From IMG/VR virus record IMGVR_UViG_3300031087_000005, positions 1 through 44,312 of that record: a stretch of 44,312 nt of DNA; one strand, written 5' to 3'. Origin of the DNA: a virus. Position numbers and translations under genes: made by a program. Positions 9,615-19,657 of this stretch are shown here, in pieces. Within the stretch, counting starts at the first letter, position 1. Each line of letters begins with the position of its first letter. The notes under the pieces are model-generated. The model was not told the DNA's origin. It saw only the letters and a list, made by a program, of their open reading frames with translations, and made no database searches.

Positions 9615-10148
9615 TTAAACGGGGTAGATCTTAACGCCTGTTGATGTTACCACACCGACAGAAATAATAAGTTCCTTCTTAACGACAACGATAATATCGA
9701 AACTCGGTTCAGGTTCCCAGTTATCATTTTCATCCTGAACATAATTTGACCGAATTTCCCCGATATGCTGGATTCCGATCCCGGCTTCTTTACACGCGTC
9801 AAGCATTAACCGGCTTTGCAATATCATCGCAGCAGTATCAAGCAGATCGTTAGCCGTCAGGGATTCGCTGTCTTCGAGCTCGGTTGGCACCAGTGCGTTA
9901 AACTGGAAGCTGATTGCGTGGTTCTGGACGTTCGTATCACGGGCTTCAGTTTCGGTCAGGCGGAAGTTACGCGATTGCCAGCCCACCCGAGAGGAGCCTA
10001 TGCGGTGCATAATGATAGCAGGCTGCGCTGGCGCCGCGCTCTTCGTGCTGGCGTAATTACGCTTGACCCGGACGTCATCGCGGCCAGTGGCAGCAAATCC
10101 CTGTAGCAGCACGGAGCGGATCAAGGTGAAAAGCTGAATCTCGTTCAT
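9615..10148 (-). CDS. Tail completion/neck protein (hypothetical)
   Basis: ORF-track 9615..10232. The likely start is ATG 10148 (MNEIQLFTLIRS...), overlapping the upstream stop as ATGA. Confidence 0.55.
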   Translation of the reverse strand: MNEIQLFTLIRSVLLQGFAATGRDDVRVKRNYASTKSAAPAQPAIIMHRIGSSRVGWQSRNFRLTETEARDTNVQNHAISFQFNALVPTELEDSESLTANDLLDTAAMILQSRLMLDACKEAGIGIQHIGEIRSNYVQDENDNWEPEPSFDIIVVVKKELIISVGVVTSTGVKIYPV

Positions 10149-10513
10149 TCTTTCACCGCTATCACACGCACCCAGCCATCCTGAACTATCCAGCTGGTTT
10201 CCTCCAGTACGGTGAACTCTGCCCCGTTCCATGTAACGCGGTCACCCTGTCCGCCACGGTAGGCGCCATGCATATCCGCAGTGCTTATGATTTTGATGTA
10301 GGTTTTACCGACGGTAAGCCCCATCTGCTGGATATCCCGGAACGGCACAGCCTGAATCGAGCAGTTAATTAAGGGAACAGGATCAGCGTAGACAGGGATT
10401 GTTTTACCGGACGAGTTTTCACCTTCGCCGATAAACTTTTTAACTGTGGCGCCGCGGGTAGGCTGGATAACGCGCAGAGCCTGTAACAGGAGATTGCTGC
10501 CGGGAACCTGCAT
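10145..10513 (-). CDS. Neck/tail terminator-class protein (hypothetical)
   Basis: 122-aa ORF in the head-tail joining block. Confidence 0.5.
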   Translation of the reverse strand: MQVPGSNLLLQALRVIQPTRGATVKKFIGEGENSSGKTIPVYADPVPLINCSIQAVPFRDIQQMGLTVGKTYIKIISTADMHGAYRGGQGDRVTWNGAEFTVLEETSWIVQDGWVRVIAVKE

Positions 10514-10514
10514 T

Positions 10515-10961
10515 TTATTTTTTCCCTGTCTGATGGGTAAGCGTGGTGATCATTAAAGTAGTCGCGACCAGTGGCTTCGTGCCAGAAACCCCTTCGCGTT
10601 TACGGGCTGCGATAGTCGAGTCTTTAAGCGCCGGAGAATTTACCTCAGATATTTTCTGCCGTACGCTGCCCGCCGCAGCACTTCCTATGGCGTCCAGTAC
10701 CTGAAAAGGCGTATACCGGCCATCGGCTACGGCTTTAAATCCGCTGGCAGCGGCCGCGCTCCACTCTGCCCGGCCTTCAGAAATGGCAGGTCGCATGTAA
10801 GAGCGGGGAGGTATTGATTTGCGGGATGACCCGAATTCCTGGGTCGTGGCAGCCAGTGCGACAGGCGTGCCGTCAGGGTATCTTGCAGAATCAAACCAGC
10901 CTACCCGCGTCTCGGTTTCTCCGAGTTCGGCGAGGCGTTTAGCCAGATCCTGCCAGCCCAT
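10515..10961 (-). CDS. Head-tail connector protein, HK97 gp10-like
   Basis: 148 aa. 'RVGWFDSARYPDGTPVALAATTQEFGS...IPPRSYMRPA' resembles the gp10-family pattern. Confidence 0.6.
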   Translation of the reverse strand: MGWQDLAKRLAELGETETRVGWFDSARYPDGTPVALAATTQEFGSSRKSIPPRSYMRPAISEGRAEWSAAAASGFKAVADGRYTPFQVLDAIGSAAAGSVRQKISEVNSPALKDSTIAARKREGVSGTKPLVATTLMITTLTHQTGKK

Positions 10962-11395
10962 CAGAAACCCCCGCCGACTTTACGGAATGCGCGCCTTTCA
11001 CTTGTACCGCCGATGTAGCCGAAGCTGCGGGAGAAACGCGCCAGCAGTGCGCCCAGCTGTTCCCCGTACGGGGATTTATCCAGCCAGGCGGTGAATGATC
11101 CTTTAGAGGCGGTGTTAACGGCGAACCCGACAGATATGCCGTCAATGCTGGCGCTGGTCATAACGCCTGTTGCGGTCTGACCCGGCACAAACGCTGTGCC
11201 GTTCAGGTAAAGAAGGTGTGCAGTAATCAGCATTTCCATTAAGGCAATGCAGTTTTCGCAGCGGTACCAGCGGGCAGAGAAGCTGATATAGCAGCTGGCC
11301 ATATCTGCAGCCGCGTTAATAGCGTCCGCAGGATAAAACGTTTCGTCGGTAAAGGCCGGGAAGGCTTTACGGAAGGCTGCTATATCAATTGCCAT
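10961..11395 (-). CDS. Head-tail adaptor (gp6/DUF4054-like)
   Basis: 144 aa. The N-terminus 'FRKAFPAFTDETFYPADAINAAADMA' is typical of this adaptor class. Confidence 0.55.
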   Translation of the reverse strand: MAIDIAAFRKAFPAFTDETFYPADAINAAADMASCYISFSARWYRCENCIALMEMLITAHLLYLNGTAFVPGQTATGVMTSASIDGISVGFAVNTASKGSFTAWLDKSPYGEQLGALLARFSRSFGYIGGTSERRAFRKVGGGF

Positions 11396-11397
11396 GA

Positions 11398-11781
11398 TTA
11401 CTCGCTTTTTGTTTTCTTAGGCGGTTTTTTGCCTTGTTTTTCAAAATCGCTGTCGGTCAGCTGGGCACCGCCGTCTTTTTCTGCCAGGTCAGAAGTCGCT
11501 ACGTCTTCAGCGGTTTCCTGGCTGGCTTTGCGGGCCTTCTCATCCACGGCAAAGAAACCGGCTTTAATCCCGTCCATGAACGCAGGAACGGTTTTCAGGA
11601 ACTCCAGCTCTTCAGCCGTAACGGTAGTCGCAACGCCGCGCGGAGTGATAAAGTTTTTCTCGCGCTGGATGCCGGAACCGCCTTTGATAACAACAGCTGC
11701 GTCATATTTGCCTACGCGAGGATGAGCGATCCACTGAGGATAAACCTGATCGGCGCTGGCGGTTGAGTAAACTACTGGCAT
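11398..11781 (-). CDS. Hypothetical head-associated protein with a lysine-rich C-terminal tail
   Basis: ORF-track 11398..11799 starts at TTG. ATG 11781 has GGGGAA 7 nt upstream. Ends ...KQGKKPPKKTKSE. Confidence 0.5.
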   Translation of the reverse strand: MPVVYSTASADQVYPQWIAHPRVGKYDAAVVIKGGSGIQREKNFITPRGVATTVTAEELEFLKTVPAFMDGIKAGFFAVDEKARKASQETAEDVATSDLAEKDGGAQLTDSDFEKQGKKPPKKTKSE

Positions 11782-11838
11782 AAATATTCCCCGTTTCAAT
11801 TAGGGTGAGCGGGGATTTCTCCCCGTCACGATTTTTAA

Positions 11839-12996
11839 TCAGATACCGCTTGCACGATATACCGCGTAGCCACGTTTTACAATCAGGCCCGAGGTTGCGT
11901 TACTGAAATCCTCAGTAACCACTTTACAGCTGGTATCAATGCCCAGCACGCGCAGACGTGACTGCACGACCTGCATCATGGTGCCGCCGCCGTCTGAACC
12001 GGTATCACCTACGACGTCTGCCCACATCACGAAAGCATCCTGGCCTGCGTTGACGTTGTTCAGTTCGTACATTGGTACGACGGTCGCGTTCGGATAGTTA
12101 GCTTTCAGCCAGTCGAATACAGTTTCACCGGTCATGCTGCCATTGTCCGGGCTGTTCATGAAGTCGATTTTTTCGCTGGCGACTGCGATCATGATGCGGT
12201 CGCGCTGCGGGTCGATACGCTCTTTCGAGTTGGTACGCAGGTAAGAGAAACCGATCAACAGGTCTTTGATCATTTCGTTACGCGTTTTGGTATTCCACTG
12301 CGAGCTGCCGGAAGCACCAACCGGAACCGTCACATAACCAGGCATAGCCGGATCATTCAGGAAGCCGTAGATCGGACGATCGTCGCCCATGTTATAGCCG
12401 GCGAAGGCCACCATGTTACGCGAATGATCCAGAGCTTCCTGCGCTGCGCGGCGTTTGGTATCAGCAGAATTGATACCGATGCGGCCAGAACGAGCCGCTT
12501 CCAGTTCCCCGACTTCCAGGCCTGCTTCAAAGCGTACGACGCCGCGCATAACGTGCTCAATGCCCCAGGAGGAATTAACCGGCACGTTATTATGGTCGCC
12601 GTACAGTTCAGCATGGCCCGTCAGGCGCAGGACTTCCATGATCAGCTCAGCATCTTCCCAGCTGCCGGCGGTAGTTACGCCGAAAAACTCATCGGCTTTA
12701 TTCGCGCGGGTAGCGTATTCGATCTGGCCAGGCAGCCAGGTCTGCAGGAACTGCGAAAGTGCCGGAATCGACGCTGGCAGGCCGGGGATTGCGATAGCCG
12801 CATCCTGACCGTACGCGCGCTGATAGGTTTCAATCGCGTGCTGGCTGACGTGGATACCGAGCTTGCCCAGTGCCTGCACGTTAGGCGCACTATCCAGAGC
12901 AATGGCGCCGCTCTGAATTTTTTCGCGCAACGTAGCAGACAGCTTGCGGGCTTTCTCAGCAGTAAGCGCTTTATGAATTGCGGTAAGTTGTTTCAT
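11839..12996 (-). CDS. Major capsid protein
   Basis: 385-aa ORF following the scaffold and decoration genes, with a stem-loop (11810-11825) just downstream. Confidence 0.85.
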   Translation of the reverse strand: MKQLTAIHKALTAEKARKLSATLREKIQSGAIALDSAPNVQALGKLGIHVSQHAIETYQRAYGQDAAIAIPGLPASIPALSQFLQTWLPGQIEYATRANKADEFFGVTTAGSWEDAELIMEVLRLTGHAELYGDHNNVPVNSSWGIEHVMRGVVRFEAGLEVGELEAARSGRIGINSADTKRRAAQEALDHSRNMVAFAGYNMGDDRPIYGFLNDPAMPGYVTVPVGASGSSQWNTKTRNEMIKDLLIGFSYLRTNSKERIDPQRDRIMIAVASEKIDFMNSPDNGSMTGETVFDWLKANYPNATVVPMYELNNVNAGQDAFVMWADVVGDTGSDGGGTMMQVVQSRLRVLGIDTSCKVVTEDFSNATSGLIVKRGYAVYRASGI

Positions 12997-13010
12997 CTTT
13001 TAATCAGCCC

Positions 13011-13520
13011 TTATGCTGAGGCAGCAGGAGTCGGCAGCTCTTTCAAGCTAACGACAGCTTCGCCGGTTGTTACGTTGTAGCGAACCACTTTAGCGCCTGG
13101 GATCAGCGTATGGTTAGCCGGAGCGACCTGTGCAGGAGCAGCAGCGAGCTGACCGTCTGCAGCATAGGCTACGCCGTCACCGATAGCAGCGCCGGTAGTC
13201 AGCAGCAGCAACAGGCCGGGGTGTTCAGTCACGCCAGATACAATGGTACCTGCCGGAACCGTGTCAGCAACGGTGCCGGGCAGAACAAAGCCCAGATGCT
13301 CTTTCGGATAGCAGAGGATCCCTGCAAACACACCATCACCGCCGACTTCCGCCAGGCCGTTCTCACCTTCGATATGAGTCAGCGCGCGACCGAATACGTT
13401 AGCGGTTGCAGCAGAATTGAGCTGCAGAGGTTGTGCATTTTCGCTGCCCCGAACACCGAGATAGCTTTCACCGACGATGCCCCATGGCATGGCGTCCTGT
13501 ACTGAATTTGGGAATGGCAT
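13011..13520 (-). CDS. Head decoration/cement-type protein
   Basis: 169-aa G/A-rich ORF between the scaffold and major capsid genes. Confidence 0.5.
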   Translation of the reverse strand: MPFPNSVQDAMPWGIVGESYLGVRGSENAQPLQLNSAATANVFGRALTHIEGENGLAEVGGDGVFAGILCYPKEHLGFVLPGTVADTVPAGTIVSGVTEHPGLLLLLTTGAAIGDGVAYAADGQLAAAPAQVAPANHTLIPGAKVVRYNVTTGEAVVSLKELPTPAASA

Positions 13521-13530
13521 AGTAGACCCC

Positions 13531-14703
13531 TTAAAGATCGTCGATTGCTTTCGCGTTGCTGCCTGCTGGCTGCGCCGCCTGATCCATACCGAACGCGTAA
13601 ACCGGCGCCGGCGCTTTATCCAGACCGGCTAACAGGCCGTTCAGGGTTGCGATTTCCTGACCTTTCGCGGCGGTCACGTTCAGCTTTTTAAGGCCATACG
13701 CGGCTACCTGGTCGGTCGTCATGCTGTCCATGGCAAACGCGCCAGTGTGTTTCGACACGCGCTGATACAGGTCGTTACGCATAGCGATCGCCTGCATAAC
13801 CACGCCAGAATCCATGCCCTGAGCAACCTGTTTTTCCAGCTTCGCAATGCGCGCCAGCAGCGCCGCACTGTCTTCAGCTTTAGCCGGAACGTCAGTAGTT
13901 TCGTCTTCAGCTTTAGGTGGCATCTGCGGTTCGGTAGAAGCCGGCGGGGGAGTAGTTTCATCAACAGCAGGGACTACCGGATCAGCAGGCGGGGTGGCTT
14001 GCGGGTCGGCGACGACAGGCAGAGGCGGGGTCGCCAGTGCTTCTGCCAGTTTGCTTTTATCTTCTGGCGTCAGCGCATTAATAGCTGCGATCAGTTCTTC
14101 CAGGGTCATGTTTTGAGCCTCGATAGTAGGAATTGCGCTGTCCATGACAGCCACGTCTGCGCCCGTGCGGCCTTTTTCGACCAGCGCCAGGTGATTTCCG
14201 CGCAGATTGCTCTGCACATATGAATAATTAATCCCCTGCCACTGTCCCGGGGAATACACATAATCGTACAAATAGCCGGGGGATAGCTGAACTTTACCCG
14301 TATTAAAGGCGTCAAGCAACTTTTGCGAGTAGACGCGCAGGTTAGCTTTGAGATATGGCGCCTCGTAGTAGACATTTTCCCCGGTAGTGCCGGTCAGCGG
14401 CAGGTCGCCGGCGTCGGTCCCTTCGACTCCCAGCCACTGATGCTCATCAATAAAGGGCATCAGTTTAAATGAGTCGATTGTTTCCTGACGTGCCAGCTCG
14501 CTGCCCGGACGGTAAACTTTTACAATATCGTTCGGGTCACCTGGGTAGCCGGGGATCTGCGAACCAAGATAATCGTAGACGCCCTCTTTAGAAATGGGGT
14601 TTCCCTGAATGGTCATGTAACCGTTCTGGTCAAACTGGCGCGCAGACTTATCCATTGCACGGGCGCCGTGATACTTTTTGCGGGCTTTCTTATTGGCTGG
14701 CAT
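13531..14703 (-). CDS. Scaffolding / prohead-protease-like protein
   Basis: ORF-track 13531..14724; ATG 14703 or 14655 are plausible starts. Globular N-half, then a P/A/E-rich linker and a coiled-coil C-half. Confidence 0.6.
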   Translation of the reverse strand: MPANKKARKKYHGARAMDKSARQFDQNGYMTIQGNPISKEGVYDYLGSQIPGYPGDPNDIVKVYRPGSELARQETIDSFKLMPFIDEHQWLGVEGTDAGDLPLTGTTGENVYYEAPYLKANLRVYSQKLLDAFNTGKVQLSPGYLYDYVYSPGQWQGINYSYVQSNLRGNHLALVEKGRTGADVAVMDSAIPTIEAQNMTLEELIAAINALTPEDKSKLAEALATPPLPVVADPQATPPADPVVPAVDETTPPPASTEPQMPPKAEDETTDVPAKAEDSAALLARIAKLEKQVAQGMDSGVVMQAIAMRNDLYQRVSKHTGAFAMDSMTTDQVAAYGLKKLNVTAAKGQEIATLNGLLAGLDKAPAPVYAFGMDQAAQPAGSNAKAIDDL

Positions 14704-15472
14704 CTGGGCTCGTCCCGAAGTCAAGGATCAGGCGGAACGTACAGCGACAGTTTACTTCTTCTGACGGCTGTACGTAGTTTCCGCCATTATCACCGACGGG
14801 CGCCCCTTTGCGCAAGTCAAACTCTTTCCCGTGATAATCAAGGTGGCGGCGGCGAGGCTGCTTATCCCCGCCTCCTGCGTGACTGTGGACCCATATCGCG
14901 CGCACTGGCTGCGTGCCGCTGACTCCGCCTGCCGCCGCTACCGCGCGATTTATGGCCGCGCCCTGATAAGTCTTGCGGGTCTGGTCAAGCGCAATAAGTT
15001 TAGCGCGGCGGTCCGTTATCCCGTTAACTTCCTTCAGGCGGTCGAGGATATCGTTAAAGCTACCCTGTCCGCTTATCGAATCCTCGACCGCTTTCCGTAT
15101 TTTATCAACGTGCTCAGCAGGGATACTTTTTATCAGCGCCGCGTTTTCTGTTGCTGCCTGGCGATAGAAAATCTGAACCGAGTCATCCGGCGCCCCGATA
15201 CCGAGGTTTTTAAACTTCTGGTCAGTGCCTTTCTGTACTCCGTCAAGCATTGGTCCGAACATCGCTGGCGCGGCGGCTTCGAAAAGCGCGCCGAACCGGT
15301 CTGACAGTTCGTTAAGGGTCTGCCTGATATTACTGCTGCGGCTCAGTGCCTGCGCTACCCCTTTCGTCATCCACCGGGTTAGCTTGCGCAGGCGCCGGCT
15401 GTACTCCCTTTCCAGTGATAAGGGATTCGATAGCGGCTGCGAGAGCTCGGTCTGACTCGGATTCTTCGCCAT
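14690..15472 (-). CDS. Head morphogenesis protein (Mu F / SPP1 gp7-like)
   Basis: 260 aa immediately after the portal. ATG 15472 has GAGGAAG upstream. Overlaps the portal 3' end by 143 nt. Confidence 0.7.
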   Translation of the reverse strand: MAKNPSQTELSQPLSNPLSLEREYSRRLRKLTRWMTKGVAQALSRSSNIRQTLNELSDRFGALFEAAAPAMFGPMLDGVQKGTDQKFKNLGIGAPDDSVQIFYRQAATENAALIKSIPAEHVDKIRKAVEDSISGQGSFNDILDRLKEVNGITDRRAKLIALDQTRKTYQGAAINRAVAAAGGVSGTQPVRAIWVHSHAGGGDKQPRRRHLDYHGKEFDLRKGAPVGDNGGNYVQPSEEVNCRCTFRLILDFGTSPDASQ

Positions 15473-16919
15473 TCTCTTCTGCTTCCTCTTTCATGTACTG
15501 TGACCAGCCCGCGCTTTCATCGTCAGCCAGTTTGCGTTCAATGGTTTCCTGAGATACCACGCCCAGCGTCTGCCAGATCTGAGCTTCCTGCGCTTTAACA
15601 AGGTTGGTATCTGCCTGTTCTTTTTCGCCCGGTTCGTCCAGCGGATTCCAGACGATCTCAAACTCTTCGACGTCACCGAATTCTGACTTCTGGGCCAGCA
15701 TATAATGCCGGTCAAGCAGCGGCGTCATATGGTGTTCCTGGATAGATGCCAGTGTTTCACGATAGGCAGCGTTCTCGAATTCCCCGGTAGCATTAAACCC
15801 TTTCGGACTGGTACCGATCAGCTTCGTCGCAGGGACTTCGGCGACGGCCGCGACTAACTGATACTCGGTCATGATAACCGCGTCCACGTCTCCGAGGCTA
15901 GTCTCTGACTGTTGATACTCATCATCCTTGTCGATCGGCAGCACGCCGTAGTTATCGCGACGTTCCACGAATTCGAGGATCTTTTGCGTGAATTTATCCG
16001 GGTCGGCCGCCGCCGTTTCGAGATCCGTTTTAACGACGTTCATACGCTTAGTAAGCAGCAGCTGGGGCGCTTCGTTGGCGCTGCGCTCCGCCCCGTAGAC
16101 ACGTTCCCAGATTAGCTGGGGCAACGGAAGACCGCCGAAGTTATAGGTCGGCTTCAGCGCGTCCGGCACTTCTGAGTAGCGGATGATGACCAGATGCGAT
16201 CGGTGAATTCGACGTGAACCGACCATCCAGTAAGTGGGCTCGTAGAACGTGCAGCTGGTAGGGTCGGTTACGTCCGCGCCTTCGAGCTGGGGCGAACACC
16301 ACATCGGGTCAACCTGAGAAATGCCGCGGTAGCTGCCCCGCAGCACGCCATCAATATTGAACGGCTTCTCATAATAAAGCGGGTCTGGCGAGTCAACGAC
16401 GAATAGCGCCAGGCGGGTGCCGAACACCCGGTTAAAACGGGCGTATTCTTCGACTTTCTTTTTAATCTTCCAGGCTTTATCCAGAGCCTGAAGTTTTTTA
16501 AGCCGCGACTCATCGACGTTAATTTTCCATCCGTTACGGCAGGCGTCTTCTGCAGGGATTTTGCAGGCCCGGTTAATGAGCCACTGCTGCGACATTACCG
16601 CACACATCTGGTGGCTGATGAATCCCTGCGACAGGAACCAGCCCGCAACGTTAAGAGGCATACCGCCAAAGCTGGTGAAGCGGTAAGGTGCGCTGTCTAC
16701 CATCGCGCCGCAGTCTTCGTCCATCGCTTTCCCGGTGCCCGGGTGTAATTTACTGACCGCCTGGACCGGGAAAGCAACTTTGCTCAGTGTTGACATATCG
16801 ACCGGAAAAGCGCGATGAGTTGAAAAGAACGTGCCCGAGGCTTTCTTTTTCTCAGGTGCCGGGGCTGCAACTGCTTCCGCGACTTTGCTCTTACTGAAAG
16901 GCCACCATTTAAAATTCAT
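15330..16919 (-). CDS. Portal protein
   Basis: 529-aa ORF directly downstream of TerL (ATGA overlap), with an acidic C-terminal tail. Confidence 0.85.
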   Translation of the reverse strand: MNFKWWPFSKSKVAEAVAAPAPEKKKASGTFFSTHRAFPVDMSTLSKVAFPVQAVSKLHPGTGKAMDEDCGAMVDSAPYRFTSFGGMPLNVAGWFLSQGFISHQMCAVMSQQWLINRACKIPAEDACRNGWKINVDESRLKKLQALDKAWKIKKKVEEYARFNRVFGTRLALFVVDSPDPLYYEKPFNIDGVLRGSYRGISQVDPMWCSPQLEGADVTDPTSCTFYEPTYWMVGSRRIHRSHLVIIRYSEVPDALKPTYNFGGLPLPQLIWERVYGAERSANEAPQLLLTKRMNVVKTDLETAAADPDKFTQKILEFVERRDNYGVLPIDKDDEYQQSETSLGDVDAVIMTEYQLVAAVAEVPATKLIGTSPKGFNATGEFENAAYRETLASIQEHHMTPLLDRHYMLAQKSEFGDVEEFEIVWNPLDEPGEKEQADTNLVKAQEAQIWQTLGVVSQETIERKLADDESAGWSQYMKEEAEENGEESESDRALAAAIESLITGKGVQPAPAQANPVDDERGSAGTEPQQ

Positions 16920-18433
16920 CCGAAAGTTCCCCGGCGTTTTGTGTTCAGAATGTCGTTAATGGCGTCCATCATAGGATCAATCTGGTCGTCATGGGTATTA
17001 AAATCGGCAGTTACCTCTTCACACTCCATCAGGAAATCAGAAAGCCATGGCGCCTCTTCCGGAATATTGACGTATCCTGACTCAATGTAGCCCTGAATAT
17101 CCATGAAGCGGGTATATTTATCTTTAGAGCGCTGGATCCCTTCAACAGGGATGCGTCCTTTTTTGCGGATGTGCTGTATCAACTGAGTTCCGCTGGCTTT
17201 ATCCTCGACTTTTGCTTTTATCAGTGACCCGAATTCACCGCGGTCGGCGGCTTTGTGCTTATCCCAGAAGGCAATAAACCGGCGTTCAAGTTCTGGCGCT
17301 TCCCACTTCCCGCGCACCAGATCGATTAGCCACGGCCGCCCCTCTGCGCACTCTCCCCAGCACTCAAGAACGCTATAGTCGTGGCGCTCTTCGGTCTTCT
17401 GCGCGGTATCCGCGTATATCCAGCGCTTCTTTATCGGGGGCAGCTGTTTATATCGGTTGAAGTTTTCAGTCTTTATCAGCGAGCCGCCTTTCTGGGTCGG
17501 GCGCTGCTGATACAGGGCATTCCATACCAGTGATCCGCGACGCTTAGCTGACGCCACGAAATCAGGGGGCATCCTCTCAGGGAAAAGCAGGTCGCCAGGT
17601 TTGCGTGTATGATACCGGCGGCCGCCAACCTCGTAAAATTCGTCGGCTTCTGCTTCCATCGGGAATGATACGACTTTCCATTGTTCCCCGCCTTCCTGGG
17701 CCTGCGCCAGTAACTGGCCTGCGAGGTCTTGTTTATGCCATCGGGTAAGAATAAGGATTATGCCATTAAGCCTCGGATCGACTCGGGTGTAAAACGTGGT
17801 ATCGAACCAGTCGGATACCGCTTCCTGGTAGGCTTTTGAACTGGCCGTTTGATAGTCCTTCGCAGGGTCATCAATAATCCCTATGTTCATGCCCTGGCCG
17901 GTTATGCCCCCGTTTACCCCGGCTGCACGGTAGCTGCCTCCGTGAACTTTTCCTTCGGGCGAGACGGTTTCCCATAACTCAACCGTTCGGATAGCTCCGC
18001 CAGTAACCGTACGGACGTTAGTCCCGTTCAGGTTAGTTTCCGGGAAGACGTTACGGTAAGCATGGCCGTCTATTATTCGTTGGGTGTCCCTTGACATACG
18101 GTTGGCGAGATCAGATGCGTAGCTCGCCCCTATCACGTGCCAATCAGGATGCTTCCCGAGAACGTAAGCGGGGAATCTCCGACTGGCCAGTTCCGATTTA
18201 CCTGAACGGGGAGGAGCGAATATCATGAGGCGCGGCATCTTTCCCTGTTCTACTTCCAGTAAAAATTGATCCAGTTCACGGCACAGCAATTCGTTAAACC
18301 ATCCGAACTCATAATCGGGTTTGGTAAACATCGTGAAATCTTGCAGGGTGTGCCTGGCAAGTGTTGCCATAGCCGCCCGGGCTCTCTGAAGTACTTCAGG
18401 CGTTATCGTCACTGTCATCAATAGCTTTCTCAT
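16916..18433 (-). CDS. terL: Terminase large subunit
   Basis: Walker A-like 'FAPPRSGKSE' plus a C-terminal nuclease-type region. ORF-track start 18436 is TTG; ATG is at 18433. Confidence 0.9.
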   Translation of the reverse strand: MRKLLMTVTITPEVLQRARAAMATLARHTLQDFTMFTKPDYEFGWFNELLCRELDQFLLEVEQGKMPRLMIFAPPRSGKSELASRRFPAYVLGKHPDWHVIGASYASDLANRMSRDTQRIIDGHAYRNVFPETNLNGTNVRTVTGGAIRTVELWETVSPEGKVHGGSYRAAGVNGGITGQGMNIGIIDDPAKDYQTASSKAYQEAVSDWFDTTFYTRVDPRLNGIILILTRWHKQDLAGQLLAQAQEGGEQWKVVSFPMEAEADEFYEVGGRRYHTRKPGDLLFPERMPPDFVASAKRRGSLVWNALYQQRPTQKGGSLIKTENFNRYKQLPPIKKRWIYADTAQKTEERHDYSVLECWGECAEGRPWLIDLVRGKWEAPELERRFIAFWDKHKAADRGEFGSLIKAKVEDKASGTQLIQHIRKKGRIPVEGIQRSKDKYTRFMDIQGYIESGYVNIPEEAPWLSDFLMECEEVTADFNTHDDQIDPMMDAINDILNTKRRGTFG

Positions 18434-18974
18434 CAAGCTGGCTTACCGCCCGCGTAGTAAGTCCGAGTGCCGCAAGCGCTTCGGCGGCCTGTTCAGGGGT
18501 CATGTTAACGTGTTCCATCGGTCCGCCGTCTTTACCGGTCAGTTCGATAGCGCTACGGGATTTCCACTGATCCGGCATACGGTTATACAACCAGATTTCC
18601 TGTGCTCTGACGTTGGGCTGCACGTGTTTAACCATCGGCGTTATCACCACTTCGCCGCCTGCAACGCGGATATCGTCGTCTTCGTGCTCATATCCCACGG
18701 CGGTTTTATACAGAGCATCCACGACGGCCAGGTCACGTTCAATCCGTGAAGCCTCCAGCGCGCGCCGCACGACCTGATATTTATTGCTCCATTCAGTTAA
18801 CCGTCGTGGATCAATTCCCAGGAACTCCGCGATTTGTTTATTAGACAGCCCGCACCCTGACAGCCTGGCTATAATTGCAGGATGGAGGGTAGGTGAATAA
18901 ATCTGACGGCTGTCCCGGGAAAGGGTGCGCAGGACCGACAGATCAAGAGGTGGCAGGGCTTTTTTCTTACTCAT
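18396..18974 (-). CDS. terS: Terminase small subunit
   Basis: 192 aa with HTH 'LSNKQIAEFLGIDPRRLTEWSNKY', immediately upstream of TerL. Confidence 0.7.
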   Translation of the reverse strand: MSKKKALPPLDLSVLRTLSRDSRQIYSPTLHPAIIARLSGCGLSNKQIAEFLGIDPRRLTEWSNKYQVVRRALEASRIERDLAVVDALYKTAVGYEHEDDDIRVAGGEVVITPMVKHVQPNVRAQEIWLYNRMPDQWKSRSAIELTGKDGGPMEHVNMTPEQAAEALAALGLTTRAVSQLDEKAIDDSDDNA

Positions 18975-19549
18975 ACTCCACCGAATTTTTTATAAGCCGC
19001 TGAAAGTTTGACGTCATAGGCATTTTTGGCGTACGCCGGCCCGTTATACAGCCGCGCGACAGTCGGCCAGTCCTTAGCCCGCAGCGCATTGATGATCCCC
19101 GGGTTAGCCTTCAGGAAGCGCACCAGCATATCCAGCTGTCCCGACTCGGTATACGCCGCATTAACCAGCGCCTGAACGGAGTCGTAGCCGCAGGTTTTCC
19201 AGTGATAGCCCATGATCTGACCGGCACCCCAGCTGCATGACTCCAGGGCGGACTGCCGGTCGATAGCCACCGCACGCTGTAACTTAGAGTGCTGCTCGGA
19301 ATATTTGCCGTAGCCGCCTGCTGTGCGATTGCAGATATCAGGGTCTGTTTTTGCTACGGTGTCGGCGAACGACTGACGGCGGTTCTTCACCAGCTGCTGA
19401 TAAAAAACGTGGCGCTCGAAAAGAATTTTTACCTGTCCGTCTGACAAAAAACCGTCGCCCGCTGCTTCAACTTCGACGAAGGCTTTAATGTGGGCAGCTG
19501 AAAGGCCCAGGTCACTGGCGGCTTTGCGGTAGTCATTTTCGCTGAACAT
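18971..19549 (-). CDS. Endolysin (N-acetylmuramidase-type)
   Basis: 192 aa. 'AAHIKAFVEVEAAGDGFL...ILFERHVFY...SWGAGQIMG' matches the muramidase family pattern I know. Confidence 0.75.
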   Translation of the reverse strand: MFSENDYRKAASDLGLSAAHIKAFVEVEAAGDGFLSDGQVKILFERHVFYQQLVKNRRQSFADTVAKTDPDICNRTAGGYGKYSEQHSKLQRAVAIDRQSALESCSWGAGQIMGYHWKTCGYDSVQALVNAAYTESGQLDMLVRFLKANPGIINALRAKDWPTVARLYNGPAYAKNAYDVKLSAAYKKFGGV

Positions 19550-19580
19550 GCGTTGATCCTCGTTTCAATGTATAACGGGG

Positions 19581-19609
19581 ATTATGCGGCGGCGGGATGA
19601 TAATATCAA
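19581..19609 (-). promoter_or_regulatory. Sigma70-like promoter upstream of the endolysin/terminase genes
   Basis: Minus strand TTGATA-17-CATAAT, followed by the conserved leader TGAAACGAGGA before ATG 19549. Confidence 0.4.
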
Positions 19610-19615
19610 CCGTGG

Positions 19616-19657
19616 ATAAAAAGAAGCCCGCGGCGGGGTAATCCTCGATCGCGGGCT
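19616..19657 (-). terminator. Putative terminator after the autotransporter-like gene
   Basis: 7-bp stem AGCCCGC/GCGGGCT with a long loop, followed on the minus strand by CTTCTTTTT. Confidence 0.45.
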
